A DNA stretch of 64,000 nt from Paramecium tetraurelia (Eukaryota), in assembly GCA_000165425.1 (NCBI GenBank), contig CT868452.1:372001-436000 (forward strand), given 5' to 3'. The position numbers and the translations under genes are program-made. The notes below the pieces were generated by a model that searched no databases, was not told the DNA's origin, and worked only from the letters and a program-made list of their open reading frames with translations. Position 1 is the first letter of the stretch. Every line of letters starts with the position of its first letter. Shown here piece after piece: positions 11,848 through 24,687 of this stretch.

Positions 11848-13414
11848 TCATAGATCAGTTGGTTAAACTTTGCTATCAGGAATAATATCCACATTAAACA
11901 GTAGATCGGGAGCTTTCGCATCTATTAGACTATCTCCTCTCAATCGTTAAAAGCTCTGATCTGTTAAATAGTCACCGAACCAAAATGAGTTGAATTCTGC
12001 TCTCCTAAGAGAATTTAGAGTTAAAGTTCCTAATAATATAGGATAAGTAAATATAGTTTCAGGTATCGAATGTTTCACAGACACTGTGGCCAATACCCAA
12101 AGCCCTTCTGCGATTATCAAAGACAAGAAGCCCTGCAGACCATAAGTGAAAGTCCTCTTAGTTTTATCTATCCTATAGGCTAAGCTCAAAAGGAGTCCTG
12201 GTACAGCTTGACTAAAGAGTGAGATCCAAGCACAATTTTTATTAAATTGCAAACTTATTAAGGGCAGTTGCAATTCTAAAGGGCAATTCAAAAATTGTAG
12301 TACAGTTGTGTTGTAAGACTCAACTTAAGTATAGTGGATGATTAAGGCGAGTGTTGAATCCAATAAAACATTGGATATCATTAAGAATGAGGCAAACTTG
12401 AAGTTCTTGAGTCTGAAGAACTTTACAATTAGTACTATAAAAGCTAGAGAAATTATATCACTCAAGTACCACGGCTTATAAAAGTAATAAGGAATACCAA
12501 TTAATAAAGAAATTATTGATGAAAACACAATGTAATATTTTCTTAAAAAGGAATTCGCTTTCATTAGACATGCAAGCTAGAGTTACATATTTTAATACCT
12601 CAGAAGACACAAAGAATATTGCAAGTGTGCCTATAGTGCAGGCTATTATAATGAATAAATATCTGATGAAATCTAAAAAGTCTGTTGCTAGGACGATCGT
12701 GGCTCCACCTGCATATAATAGTATGTAGATCAGAATGATCGTATTATTGATTTCGAATCCCTAAAAGTCTTTTCCATTTGTCTTCCAACTAAATGAAAGG
12801 ATTCTAGTATATTTAGCCAAAAATGCAATCAAAATAGTTGATATAACGAGTAATATGGGGAGACTCCAATCGAATGTGATGTCTCTGTATGATTTGTCAC
12901 ATGAGAATATTATTGCAAACTCTATTAATTCATGAGTTTATTGGTTCACTTCATTCAAACTAACTTGAATATGTATTGGTGTCCAATAATTCTAAGATGT
13001 GAGATGATCTCTTTGAGGGCATTGCTATGAGAGCCTAAAAAGGATTTCGCTTTTGGGTTTTAGCTTATCGTCATCTGAAATTACTTCAGTTTACAGGTTT
13101 CTCTTTATAATTATATAAAAATACATGTTCGTATTTTTTTCGTCCATTTGCAGAACAAAGACGTTGAATGATATTATATCGTCATTTTCTATTCTTAATG
13201 TTTAATTTGAAATCCCAATTCCATTGTTAGTACTCAATATCCCAAAAGATCTTGGTGGCTTGCAAGTGACTCCTTGATTTAAATTCTCAGGGAGGAATTC
13301 AAATGAAATCTTGTTTTTATCATAAACTAAATATTCATCATTTGCATCTTTCATAAAAATCCGCACTTTTTATCCCAAAATTAATAGGGGTACAAAAAAC
13401 AATAAAATATACAT
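11848..13414 (-). CDS. Signal peptide peptidase-like (A22B, SPPL2-type architecture) membrane protein, probably catalytically inactive
   Basis: N-terminal signal peptide, luminal domain, then many TM helices including WYLSDIISLAF, RLKNFKFASFLM..LLD and VPGLLLSLAYRID. The GxGD and PAL motifs are degenerate. Confidence 0.8.
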
Positions 13415-13687
13415 TTATTAATATAATAATAAATTTTCTTGATTTTCTCCATACATAATTCCATATATCCAATTTTACATAAATTATTTTCATCGAACAT
13501 TAATAAGTTAAATTTCTTAAACCTATTTCAAACAAACACAGCGTCTACATAAAATCCCTTCTTCTGATTTGCACATATAGAATTAATTAGGTTTAACAAG
13601 TCTAACAATAATTACTTTAGTATGATTTATCAATAATTAAAATGACTAACGATCACTTTAAATTATTAAAATTTTTAACATTCAAAA

Positions 13688-14544
13688 ATGAGCAATCACC
13701 CTGCATCAACAAAACCTCCCCAAAAAACAGCACCAGCACCATAACAACCTATTCCCTATTCTCCTCCAAGAACATATGCCCCACCAGTGGCATTTGCAAG
13801 TCCTTCATATCTACCAATCTAACAATCATTTGTAGGTGCCCCTGTTTAATATGTTCCTCAACCAGTTGCTGTTTAGCCAGTAGCTGTTCAACCAGTTGCT
13901 GTATAACCAGCCCAATAGGTCATTAAGGGTGAAAGCAGAATTGAGTATCAATCTAAATTCAATAATTTTTAGGTATATTCCCTATGAGAAATCAGTTATT
14001 GAATACGAAGAAGTCAGATAAAAAATCTAAGTCCCAAGAGAGAAGTATATAACAGAATACTAAGCTGTTGAATATTAGACTGACTACATCCCATAAGTAT
14101 TCTACGATAAAGTTACAGGTAATTAATTAATCACAATCGTTAGAGTACGTTCCTGTCGACAGATTTTAAGACAGAGTAGAATACTATCCTGTTGAAAGAT
14201 AGGTTGTTCATCAACCAGTTCAATAAGTAGTAGCATAACCAGTTGTTTAATCTGTGGTTCAATAAGTTCCTCAATATGTTGCTCCAGTTTAGTCAGTTGT
14301 TTAACCAGTTTATTAACAACCTTAAATTTCATATGCTCCTTACGTCTAACCTAATTTCGCCCCCTCAAGAATTGCTCCTGTGTCATATGCTCCTCCCTTG
14401 TCCTACGGTGCTCCAGTGTCACATCCAAGAAGATATGTAAATCATATTGTAATCAATCAGTCCCCTCCAGCCAAACCATAGCCAGCCTAAAAGCCTTAGC
14501 CCCAAAAGGAAAAAAAAACATTTTTAGACAACATCTTTAGTTGA
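13688..14544 (+). CDS. Epiplasmin (Paramecium cortical skeleton protein)
   Basis: P/V/Q-rich arms with PVAVQ x3 flank the conserved core VIKGESRIEYIPYEKSVIEYEEV...EYVPVDRFQDRVEYYPVERQVV. Three tiny introns. Confidence 0.93.
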
Positions 14545-15247
14545 TATTTAAATAATGTCCATAACATATTATACTAACCAAAACAAATTATTATTTCATT
14601 TTATCTATAGAATCCATTATTTAACATCAAGAATTCTAATTACGTTTTCGTTTAGATATGCCGTAAGGATCTTTGTTATTCTGATTTTCGCTACATTTGA
14701 GAGCGAGCTTAAAGATAAACTAAAACTTTAGTTGCTTTTACAAATGCTCAATTTTGCATTAATAAAAAATAAATAAATTAAATAGTTTTTAATATGTGAG
14801 GTTTATTAATCAACAACATTTATCATTGGTGTTTCTCGTCAAAATTCTTCATTTTATACAATCATATGATATGGATCTGGTAATTCACAAAATTTTATTT
14901 GCAATGATCCTTAATTATTTCCAATTATCAAATACTAATAATATCAATTTACATGTAAATAATTATATAAATTCAATGTTTATATATTTATAATCGATAT
15001 TTGCATTAAAGAATTTTCATTCCGTCATATTCATAAGATCAAATAGATGATACTACTTATTGTCCCTAGTACTTCTAATTTCCAACTTCATTCTGTCAAT
15101 AGTAGTCCTTTTATATGTTTTTAGAGAAAGCATCTTTATGCAACAGCGTATAGGTAAAGAGCCATTTAAGCTTAAAAAGACTCTTATCCGTATTGACTGG
15201 TTTTGTTTAATAATAAATAAATTATAGTTAAATATACTAAAAATAAT

Positions 15248-15592
15248 TCATAGTTTGAAATCCTCTAGGGAAGAAGGTAAATAGCTCGAGAATTCTTAAG
15301 AAAAATTTGAATCTTAACTCAAATTTTCACATTCTTAAATGATAAACGAAGAGTCTTTATTAAGGTGTTTAAGCTCTTTTCTTAGGCTATCAAAATTTTC
15401 CCTTCTGGCCGGATAAATGATGATAAATCTTAAGGGTTAGTCATTTGTATAAGCACTAGAAGCCTTTTCTATTTATAAACAATTTTCTTGTGAAGTAACC
15501 TAGCTATCATTTCGAGGTGATAACTCGTTCCTTCTAGTTATTTCTTAATTAGATATTGAGAGCATTGATTTGCAGGAACATGTCTAACCCAT
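15248..15592 (-). CDS. Small hypothetical protein (114 aa) with an MGQTCSC N-terminus (predicted myristoylation and palmitoylation)
   Basis: Clean 345-nt ATG..TGA frame in code 6, with Gly2 and Cys5/Cys7. Confidence 0.7.
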
Positions 15593-16820
15593 TAACAATT
15601 TTATTTATATTAATATTTCTTAATATTTTTCTTCTTAAAAGCCACAATAAATCCTTAATTTTATTTAATTCGTATTTACTACAATATTAAATTAACGCAA
15701 CTATATATTCTAAATATAGTTATCCTAGATTTTATGAATTCTGTGTATAAACTCACTCAGAATCTAAAATGATTAAATTAGTTGATAACGATACCCAAAA
15801 TTGAAAATTCTTAAGTTAAAAATTCCGAATGCCAAAGATTTCCCAACACTAAATTTGAAATAAAATCCAAAAATTCTAATTAATATGAGTACGATATATA
15901 AGAAAGAATGAAAAAGTTATAATTGATTAAAACACTTTTATATTAGAATGAATATAATTAAATAAAATAATTATAAATAAATTTAGTCTAGAAAGTAAGA
16001 TACTCATAAACTATAATAAAATTTCAGATAAGATTAACTAAATTGCATATATTAAAGGGTTTTGCAGTTATAACTCTTGTTTAAATTTAATGGTTAATAA
16101 TAATTGTAACGATTGAAATTGTGGTTAATTCAATATTTTTGCCAATAATATATATATAAAATAAATTGAATTTATGTATCACAAATAATAAAGAATGCTG
16201 AATACTATTTGATGTATTTAAATCATTATTGAGCATTCATTTATATTAGATAAATGATTATATAACAGAAAAGTAATCATTAGGCACTTTTAATAAAAAT
16301 AATTAGCAGAATAATCTCGTAATTAATTAATTCAACTGTCTGGGCGATTAAGATGAAAATGTGATTAGAAACTATATTTACTATCTTTTAACAATTATTA
16401 TTATGATTTCAAAATTTCAAAACAAATTCCACCTGCTCTCATTTGCATTAATTGCAATAGATAGATATCGGTTTTATCTAAATTTCATGAAGTTAAAATT
16501 TACAATAATTATGAGTATGCTTTACTGTGTAAATTAAGTGAAAAAATGATGTGAAAAATATAAATTTTAACAGAGGATAATTCTGAAAGACAATTAAGAA
16601 AATTAATTAAATAAATTCCAAATCCATACTTTGCTAATTAAAGGTAAATTGATCATCCTCTGATATAATAATTAGAGAATGACTCACTTAATTTATAAAT
16701 TAGGATTTGAGATCGTTAAAGATAGTAGCCTTGTTCAAAACCTCAGTCAGACAATGAACTTTCTTTTGATAAATAAAATAAATTATTATTATAGCTAATT
16801 ATTTACATACTATAAACTTA

Positions 16821-17132
16821 ATGGGCTGCAACGCATAAAAAATAAAGACTAAAACAAGGGACTAAGTGATAGAAACCAATCCAAATATTAAATGCTAGAA
16901 TCAATAAAGCAAAATATTAGAAACTGAGCAAAAGGTTGATAGACTTAATAGTGAAATGCAATGTCCCCACTCTCCTTAGATAGGAAGGAAGTTAAAACAT
17001 ATGGCAAGCAGTGATGAACTTCAAAAGTATCTTACTAAAAGGTAGAGCAATACTTAAAGTCCATTTAAGTATATTAAGAACTCTCCAGAATAAAGGAGAA
17101 AGCTATCATTGATGAACAGCCCTAAATTGTGA
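16821..17132 (+). CDS. Small hypothetical protein (103 aa) with an MGCNAQK N-terminus
   Basis: Clean 312-nt ATG..TGA frame in code 6, standing out from very AT-rich flanks. Confidence 0.75.
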
Positions 17133-17362
17133 TTTAATGATTATTATTCTTTGTATTAGATCACATTTCAAATTTCTTATAAAATTAGAATGATATACTC
17201 AAATTTTATTGATCTTAATTAAAGTGACATAATATATATATATAATCATTACAAAGATCTTCTTTAGAGTGGTTAAGAAACCTAATCTATTTGAAAAAGA
17301 GTGGTAGACTTTGACAAATCAACTATTTGGTCTGCGATTCTTGAGCTTCCTAAATTCTAAGA

Positions 17363-17557
17363 TCAAAATATACGTGTAGATGTTATTATAGTATTAGGTG
17401 ATGATGCAGTCGTTCTTTTATGAAGTCCCAATTATTGTTTGAGATGTTTCTCTATATTTTACTAGATGTCTGTTAACTAGTGCTGATTCCTTGCAATTTT
17501 TCTTTGAGGTTTCAATTGAGGCTCATTGATAGAAAGATTTGAAGGAGCACAACCCAT
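17363..17557 (-). CDS. Small hypothetical protein with an MGCAPS N-terminus (64 aa, longer if a 24-nt intron near 17351-17374 is spliced)
   Basis: ATG GGT TGT GCT CCT TCA opens a frame whose first TGA lies inside a GTA..TAG intron-like segment, so the 3' end is uncertain. Confidence 0.65.
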
Positions 17558-18067
17558 AAAAGAAAATATTAAATCAAATAAATAATACTTCGTTTATACT
17601 CAATTAATCAAACATATGAATATATAATTATACTTATTTTCGACTTTTATGTCTTAATGCTTGGTTTTCTGAAATTTAATTTATTCAATGAGTATTTTAC
17701 CATTTTCGAAATTTGACTAACTGTTATTTCAATATGGCCTGTTAATTATATTTATAATTATTAAATAAATAGCTTTAATAATGAGGGACATTTTTAATGA
17801 TATTTTTTATTTGATTTTTGAGAAGAAATAGAAGGAGAGATATTAAAAATTATATAATTAGTAACATTTCAAACTGCTTCACTATAGTTTTGAACTCAAT
17901 TAGTTATTATTAATCTTCAATTCAATGAATAGTACGATGTTTAAATTAAAAGAGTAATATCATGATTTGTATTAATAATTTATGAGGTATTATAAAAATA
18001 CTGAAGAATGCTGAAAATTTCATTCCTAAGCAGCATTATTAATATTATTTTATTTTCATATACAGGA

Positions 18068-18370
18068 ATGGGCTGTGTGGGTTAAAAATAGAATCGAAAT
18101 CAATAACATAATAAATTTCCATTACATCGGCAATCGATCTCAGTTTCACATTCAAATCGAAAATTATGTTTTGAGTCGCCATTTTCGACTGATCCTAAAC
18201 AATAAATTTAGCTTTATAGATCCATCGACATCACAAAAGATGAGGAATTTATTTTAAAGAGTGACAAGAAATTCATCTCTAAAAATCAAGACTCTCCAAC
18301 CACTACTCCGAAGTTTAATCAAAATCTTCAATTTGCGATGGGAAATCGTAAAAATAAAATTGTTATGTGA
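18068..18370 (+). CDS. Small hypothetical protein (100 aa) with an MGCVGQK N-terminus
   Basis: Clean 303-nt ATG..TGA frame in code 6. Confidence 0.75.
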
Positions 18371-18385
18371 AAAATTAGGAAATAC

Positions 18386-19114
18386 TCAGTAAAATTAATG
18401 ATAATTTATATTTTTATATGTTGTTTAATATATATTTTTACTAATAAACTAAATAGAATGCTCATATTACTAATTATTAAGAAAACCTAAAAAAGGATGG
18501 CACTTCTAATAAGAGTCAATATAATTACAAATATGTCTGATCTATTGAACCTAAGATCCGTATAAAATCAAAGTGCATTCACTTAATTCAAAGATTGACT
18601 CCAAATACTCAAAGAAGTCTTAATTAAACGATTCAATTTTTATAAGTAAGATAGCCTGCTGTGATTATTATTTGAGCAATTCATTTTATAATTAACTCAT
18701 TTTCTTATTTAAGTAAACCGAGTCAATGTTCAATGCTGAATAGTGATCAAAATTAATGTGCAAATAAGGTTTTTGATTATTCTCCAATTATTACTATAAA
18801 CTCAATGGCAAAGTATTATTTGTAAAATAAATTCCTTTGGTTTTATTGAATGGAACACTCAGCTCTTAAATATTGGTATTGGATGGTATTTCAATCAAAT
18901 CTAATTCACTAAAAATGTTGGCAAGTTTGTTGGTTTATTTGAATTGACTCATCAACTAAATTTAATTCATTAACACAACAAGGGCAAAAAGGCAAATGAT
19001 AATGGTCTTGGAAGTTAATTTCTCTTCGAATTGTAATTGGGACTTGTTGAGAAGTATAAAGGTTATAAAGACAAGGGTTGTGAGAGCTATGAAAAATAAA
19101 ACAGAATAAAACAT
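18386..19114 (-). CDS. Hypothetical membrane protein (242 aa) with two N-terminal hydrophobic helices
   Basis: 729-nt uninterrupted frame in code 6, beginning MFYSVLFFIALTTLVFITFILL...TIIICLFALVVLM. Confidence 0.75.
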
Positions 19115-19150
19115 TTGTTAATTTAATTAAATTTATCGAACTTTGAATAC

Positions 19151-20862
19151 ATGAGAACAACTCCTAATAGTGTCAAAGAAACTGCTTCAAAAACTTCAAC
19201 TCAAGATTATAAAAAATAATAATCATAGCCTGTATGAGATTTAAAATATTATAAAGACTGTTAGCATACCAGAATCTAGTTAATTATTTCACATTCCTTA
19301 AAAATACTGTCATCAACGCTTTAAACCACAACCAACTACATCTAAATCTATTGAGGAAAAGAGATGCAAAGTCAATAAAACCAATCTATCTGAATTAAAT
19401 AATCGTACAAATAGCAGTTCGAAAAGTCGTATATCTGGTTTCACAAGCAATTAATTAGAAGATGATTCTTTGTATAATTCCTAGAATGCACTTAAATTAA
19501 AGAAAATAATAGGGGACTCCTAGGTTTATAACACCAACCTATTTGTGTATTAATTTCATAATCATCCTTTTTAGTTCTAAATCCAACCTAACTTGTGATT
19601 CTTCCAGTCCAGGAGGTAGACAAAATAAATCAGCTTATAAAAAATCAGCAGACTTCGATATCACTCAATTGAACATGTTAAGAGAAAAGTCCTTGATGCA
19701 GAAAAAAGTCTAGTCATCATAAGCTGGCCAATAAAAAGAATTAATAGATTCATTTCTAAATCTAGATAAGCAAATTTAAGGGGCCACATTGGAATAACAG
19801 AAGAAATAGCAATATTTAAAGCAAAGGGGATTGTGGGATCCATTTAAAGATCTGTTTATTAAGCAATTTGCCAGAACTCCAGTATAATTTAAGAGTGTGT
19901 TCAATTAGTTGTAAGTATAAGTGAGGGAAATAGAATAGCAATGGTCAGATGTCATTATGTAAATTGCAAACAATTTATTTGAACTATTTTAAAATTCTGC
20001 CATTCTTATGGCTTATGAATAGGATTTGAAGTTGAATGAAATGATTGAATAAATGAGAAGGGAAAGAGATATCTGGCAGAATAACTTTAAGTCTCTTGAG
20101 TAAGAAAGAGATATTCTCTTAGAAACTGTTTCTCAATTAAAATAAACATTAGAAAAAGAGAGACCCTCTCCTTTCAAATAAGATAGCAAATAAAAGGATT
20201 TTGATTCTGCAGATATTCCTTAGTTAAAAGAAATGATTAACCTAATGCAGTAAAAAATTTCAGAAATGTCTGAAAAAGAATCAAAATTAATTAAGTTAGT
20301 ATTAGCCATTCGTAAGTCAGGAATAGATATAGAAAAGATATATAATGAGGAGGTTTTGAATGAAGACTCTTTATCAGAACAAAATAATCAATCAAATAGA
20401 GAAAGAAAGTAAATTTTTAATTTATTTATTAGATCGTTTATTACCAGAATTGAAAGAAGTTTCCATGATGCTGATAATTCAGTTGTTAATGATTCAGATG
20501 AATCTAGTTTTTAATATAATGGAAGACTGGATGATGAAAGCATTATTGAAAGTATTAGAAGGTTTGAAAACAGGAACTAAAACAGTGCTTATGCAACAGA
20601 AAGTAAGAGTTCGATAAAAATGAAGATAGATTTATCGAAATGCAGTTAATAATAGCAAAAATTGCAATAATTATAATAGTTATAATAGTAATAACAATAA
20701 AAAAAAATTTAACAGTAACTTTAATAATAAAATATGAATAAATTAAAAATTCCTGATCAGGAAGGGATAGGATTTCATTAAGAATTTATGTTGAAATTTA
20801 ATGAGTTTTCTGAAAGCTGGAGAGTTTAGGTATTGAAGGATGAAAAGAGAACTAAATCTTGA
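19151..20862 (+). CDS. Hypothetical coiled-coil protein with a Gln-rich tract
   Basis: Multi-exon reading from MRTTPNSVKE. Central coiled coil (EQMRRERDIWQNNFKSLEQERD), a Gln tract encoded largely by TAA/TAG, and C-terminal GFHQEFMLKFNEFSESWR..-TGA. Confidence 0.75.
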
Positions 20863-20938
20863 TTTTTATATTATTTAACTAAATTTTGATATATTAACAT
20901 ATTTAAATTCAAAAATAAAGACAGAAAATTAGCTTTAT

Positions 20939-22858
20939 TCAGAGTGCTTCGTAAAAGATTATGTATGCTCCTTTATCAGTTAAATGCCTATTTTTTTTGT
21001 CGATGGTTACAACATCGTCATCAAATTCATACCAAACGTTTTATCTTCTAGTGTAGGCCTTATAATGACCACTATTTATTTATCCTTAATGTGAGATGAG
21101 ACCCTTTAGTTTATATTCAGGGTTAACAACATTTTCAGTGCAATATCTAGAATTATAAAATAGAATTACTCCTTCATATTTAAGATTTCTGGATACGATA
21201 TCTCATTCTAAATCTTTTGATTTCTCGGAACTTAAGCAAACCTTTTCAGATGAATTATAAGAAACTAGGGTTTGTGTGTAATTTGAAGTTATCTTAAGAG
21301 AAATTTGTTTTTATATTGGCAAAGATTGCATTACCAATCATTAAATATTTATTCCTCTTTAAAATAATTCTTTAAGCAATCCATTAATTTGATTTCTTAT
21401 AACCCAGGAGTATTTTAAATGGGTAAATTAAGATCCAGGATAGGGTCATAAACTTCACATGTTTTTTTACATTTGAGACAGTAATTTTTATTAGAAATTT
21501 GTCCTGTAAATAACTCAGTTATCAAATCTGGGTTTCTTCTAGTATAAGTTTCCCATGCTTCTGTTGCAGATAGAAATTCTTGTTTTTCAGAGTTTTTCTT
21601 TCCAATTAGTTCCTCTTGAATTTGTGATAAAATAAATAATAGAAATTCATGTGAATCTTACTACTAAGTAGGTTTAAATTTCTATTAACAAATAAATGCC
21701 AATAGATCCAAATTGATTGACTACCCAGGTATAGTTCCCTAAATTAGTCTAATAAGGTCTTGACAGGCTGTAGTAAATTGCCTATTCGATTATTTTTGAA
21801 TTTTAAGAATTTTACGAATAAATTTGGGAATGCTTAACAAACACTGAAGAGCAGCATTCATGTAGCAATTATACTTTGGATTATGAAAACCTATAATCGG
21901 TAATTCCATTGGAACTTTTGAAAAAATTTTAACTTTGTTAGTTTATCCAGTTATGTTCCAGTCGAGAAGGTTACCTGAAGCACTTTTATCGATATCTTCA
22001 ATGTTATTGCATGAAAGCTTGAAATCAAGAAGAGGGTCTCTTGACTGCCTTATTGGTAGAATAGTTGTAGCGGTTACATGAGTAGCTCCATCATTGATAA
22101 GTTCCAGCTGGGTTCCGATTTGAAGGGGTAGCATTCCGTTAGGCTCATTGTTTATTTTATCGATTGGCTGGACTTCTAAGCATTCTTTATCATTAACTAA
22201 GCGTGAGTCTTGAATTTCGTTTTACGGAGACTCTAATTTTGCATTATCTAAATCAATAGTTACGGTGGGTCCACCCCCGTATAGCAAATGAACGAACTTC
22301 CAAGCTCTCTCATTTATAAGTGAATAATGCCTTTCTGGTTGAATTCCAGGAAGTAATTGTGGATCGTTGTCTATTGTAATATGTATCGTATCCTGTGTTC
22401 GGTGATCATCTGTCAATATTTTGTTGTTGTTTATCTCCTTTGGCGGAGCTTTCTTCATTCCTCCCAGATATCCAGTGTACTGAATGGCCCAACGATATTC
22501 AATAAAATAAACAATAGGCAGATCTTCTGCGAGTAAACCATTCACAAACAATTTCTCCAAATCGACACTGCCTATATGTAAGAGAATACCTTTCTTTGAC
22601 CTATCCTAAATCTCGATAGGCTTTAATTTGATTTACAACGTTTAAAATTTCTTTATGACTATCTTCAGTTTGGTTAGCTTCATTTGAGTTCTGCTTTGAA
22701 TTTCGATCCTGGTCTGGATTTTAAGCCTTTTCATCTTAATGGTTTTCTTTACTGAAAGATCTCACCTCTGAATCGTTATGGGTAGATTGTCTAAATAAAA
22801 TAAATAAATGGGTATTGTACTTGGCCCTTTTATTCTTCGTTTTACAACAAATAAACAT
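20939..22858 (-). CDS. Ubiquitin-specific protease (peptidase C19) with a DUSP domain
   Basis: DUSP motifs PPKEINN and YSLINERAWKFVHLLYGGGP. Cys box GFHNPKYNCYMNAALQCL, QQDSHEFL, and His box ISHQGQINSGHYKAY...WYEFDDD. Confidence 0.93.
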
Positions 22859-22996
22859 TAATTAATATTAATCAACTTATCTATAAATTTAAAGGTTTAA
22901 AAATTGAAGGTTCAATCAAATATGTGAATTTTTAGCTTTCCAAAAACATATTTTTATAAATTGTTAATTGCCAATTACTAAAAAATTTGAAATTAA

Positions 22997-24660
22997 ATGC
23001 GCTTCATCTTGCTTAAATTAATGAAGCTATAAATTATTTTAGTTAATATCAAATCTCTTTTCTATAAAGAAGGTGAAATAGGTTGGAAGAATTAAAAAGA
23101 AGCAAACACTATAATATCGCTACCGATGTATCCTTAAACTAAAAGGATATATGCTGCTGCTTCTGTATTGCTAATTTTCCATTTGATAAAATCCTTTTTC
23201 TCAAGAAAATATCATTTAAAATGAAGATAAAGATGAAGACATTTATGTCATTGCAAATGGCTAGTAAATTATCCAATAAAAGGATACAAATCTGATGTAT
23301 TTCTTTATGGGTTATCAATATCTGGATTTACATGGACTATAAAGGGGATATTAAATAAATCTTGGCTTATTACATTACATCTTACTAGATTTATTGAAGG
23401 CAATTAAATAATATCTGCTGAAAGACATAAAGCAATGATCTTTATCTGGAGATTTCTTAAGGATGGCAGGTTAAGAATTGGGTCATCAGCTAAGGAAATA
23501 ATTTGTTATAAGTTTTAAATCTGTCATAAATTACAAGTGGATATTATGATTTTGCAGTAATTAATCAAGAAGAATTGTAATGCATTTGGAGTAAAATTAT
23601 TATAATATAACTTTAAACAACCATAGCTTAATCAATACATTAAAGTGGTTTTAGAATACTAGCATACGTTAATTTAAGATAAATTAGGATAAGTATTATG
23701 TTTGGTAGTGAGTTGAAGCACAATTAGGAAATAAATCATTCTTTAATTTTGATGAGCTCAAGAAATATTGGAAATACTTTATTTGTTGAGAAGCAGACTA
23801 ATTTTGCAGTAATTAGAATTTATAATCTGTTTATAATTGAAGACGGAATGCAGAAAAATGGTATTAATATTGTTGGGTAATAAGATCAATTGTTATTGTT
23901 TATTGTAATTAGAAATTAAGACTATTAATGTGGTATGTGAATATCGCTATTTTTATGAATAATAATTTTGTGACAAGAAAATAATGGAAATTTAGGATTT
24001 TGATTTTTCACAATTCTGTATTTTTTAGAAACACTAAAATAAATAGAAGATCTTTCAAAAGTTAAATGGCTAAATCTAGTCAAAGGACATTGTTGAAGAA
24101 TATACTTCACTGAAATATGCTTGCAAATGAGGGTTTAAATTTATTTGATCAATCAGATATAAAATAGATTTGTTGAGGTGTAATTAATAATACTACTTAT
24201 TTGGTTATAAAGCATGGTCTTAGAGATGTAATGTAAGTACCATCAGAAAAATTACAATCCTTTAGTATTGTGCTAAGTTTAACATTGATAGATTTAATAT
24301 ATAAATCTTAGCATTGAGAATAAAATGATAATGACTTGAAAAATGAAATTAAACTAAATCTCAATACAATAGAATTCAATAGAGACTTCATTATCATGGG
24401 GAGTAGAATTGATTAATTTAATAATATTCAAATATCCTTTATGATTGTAATGGTAAAGGTAATTGTAAAAATGTTGAATCTCTTTTATATTTAGATGCTG
24501 TAAATATGATTAAAAATTAGTGAGTTCATTCATCCATTAATTTAGGCTTCATTTGTCCTTAAAAAAATAATGTTAAAAAAGTGAAAAATTGGAGGAAATA
24601 AATGATACAATTTTAAAGACGTTTATTATTGTAGCAATGAATTTCAATGATTCTTTGATG
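22997..24660 (+). pseudogene. Probable decaying gene of unknown family
   Basis: Coding-like stretches on the + strand are repeatedly broken by TGA codons and frame changes that I could not explain with GT..AG introns. Boundaries are approximate. Confidence 0.35.
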
Positions 24661-24687
24661 TAAAGAATACAATTAATACAAATTTAT

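Noticed and set aside
14590..15230. Possible small gene or snoRNA between epiplasmin and the MG-C cluster
   Set aside because: There is a hydrophobic reading near 15050-15200 and a slightly GC-richer patch near 14650-14720, but no consistent start/splice model or recognisable RNA boxes.
15600..16800. Long AT-rich intergenic stretch as a retained IES or transposon remnant (likewise 62400-63100)
   Set aside because: No terminal inverted repeats or transposase fragments that I can identify, and TA boundaries cannot be distinguished from background at this AT content.
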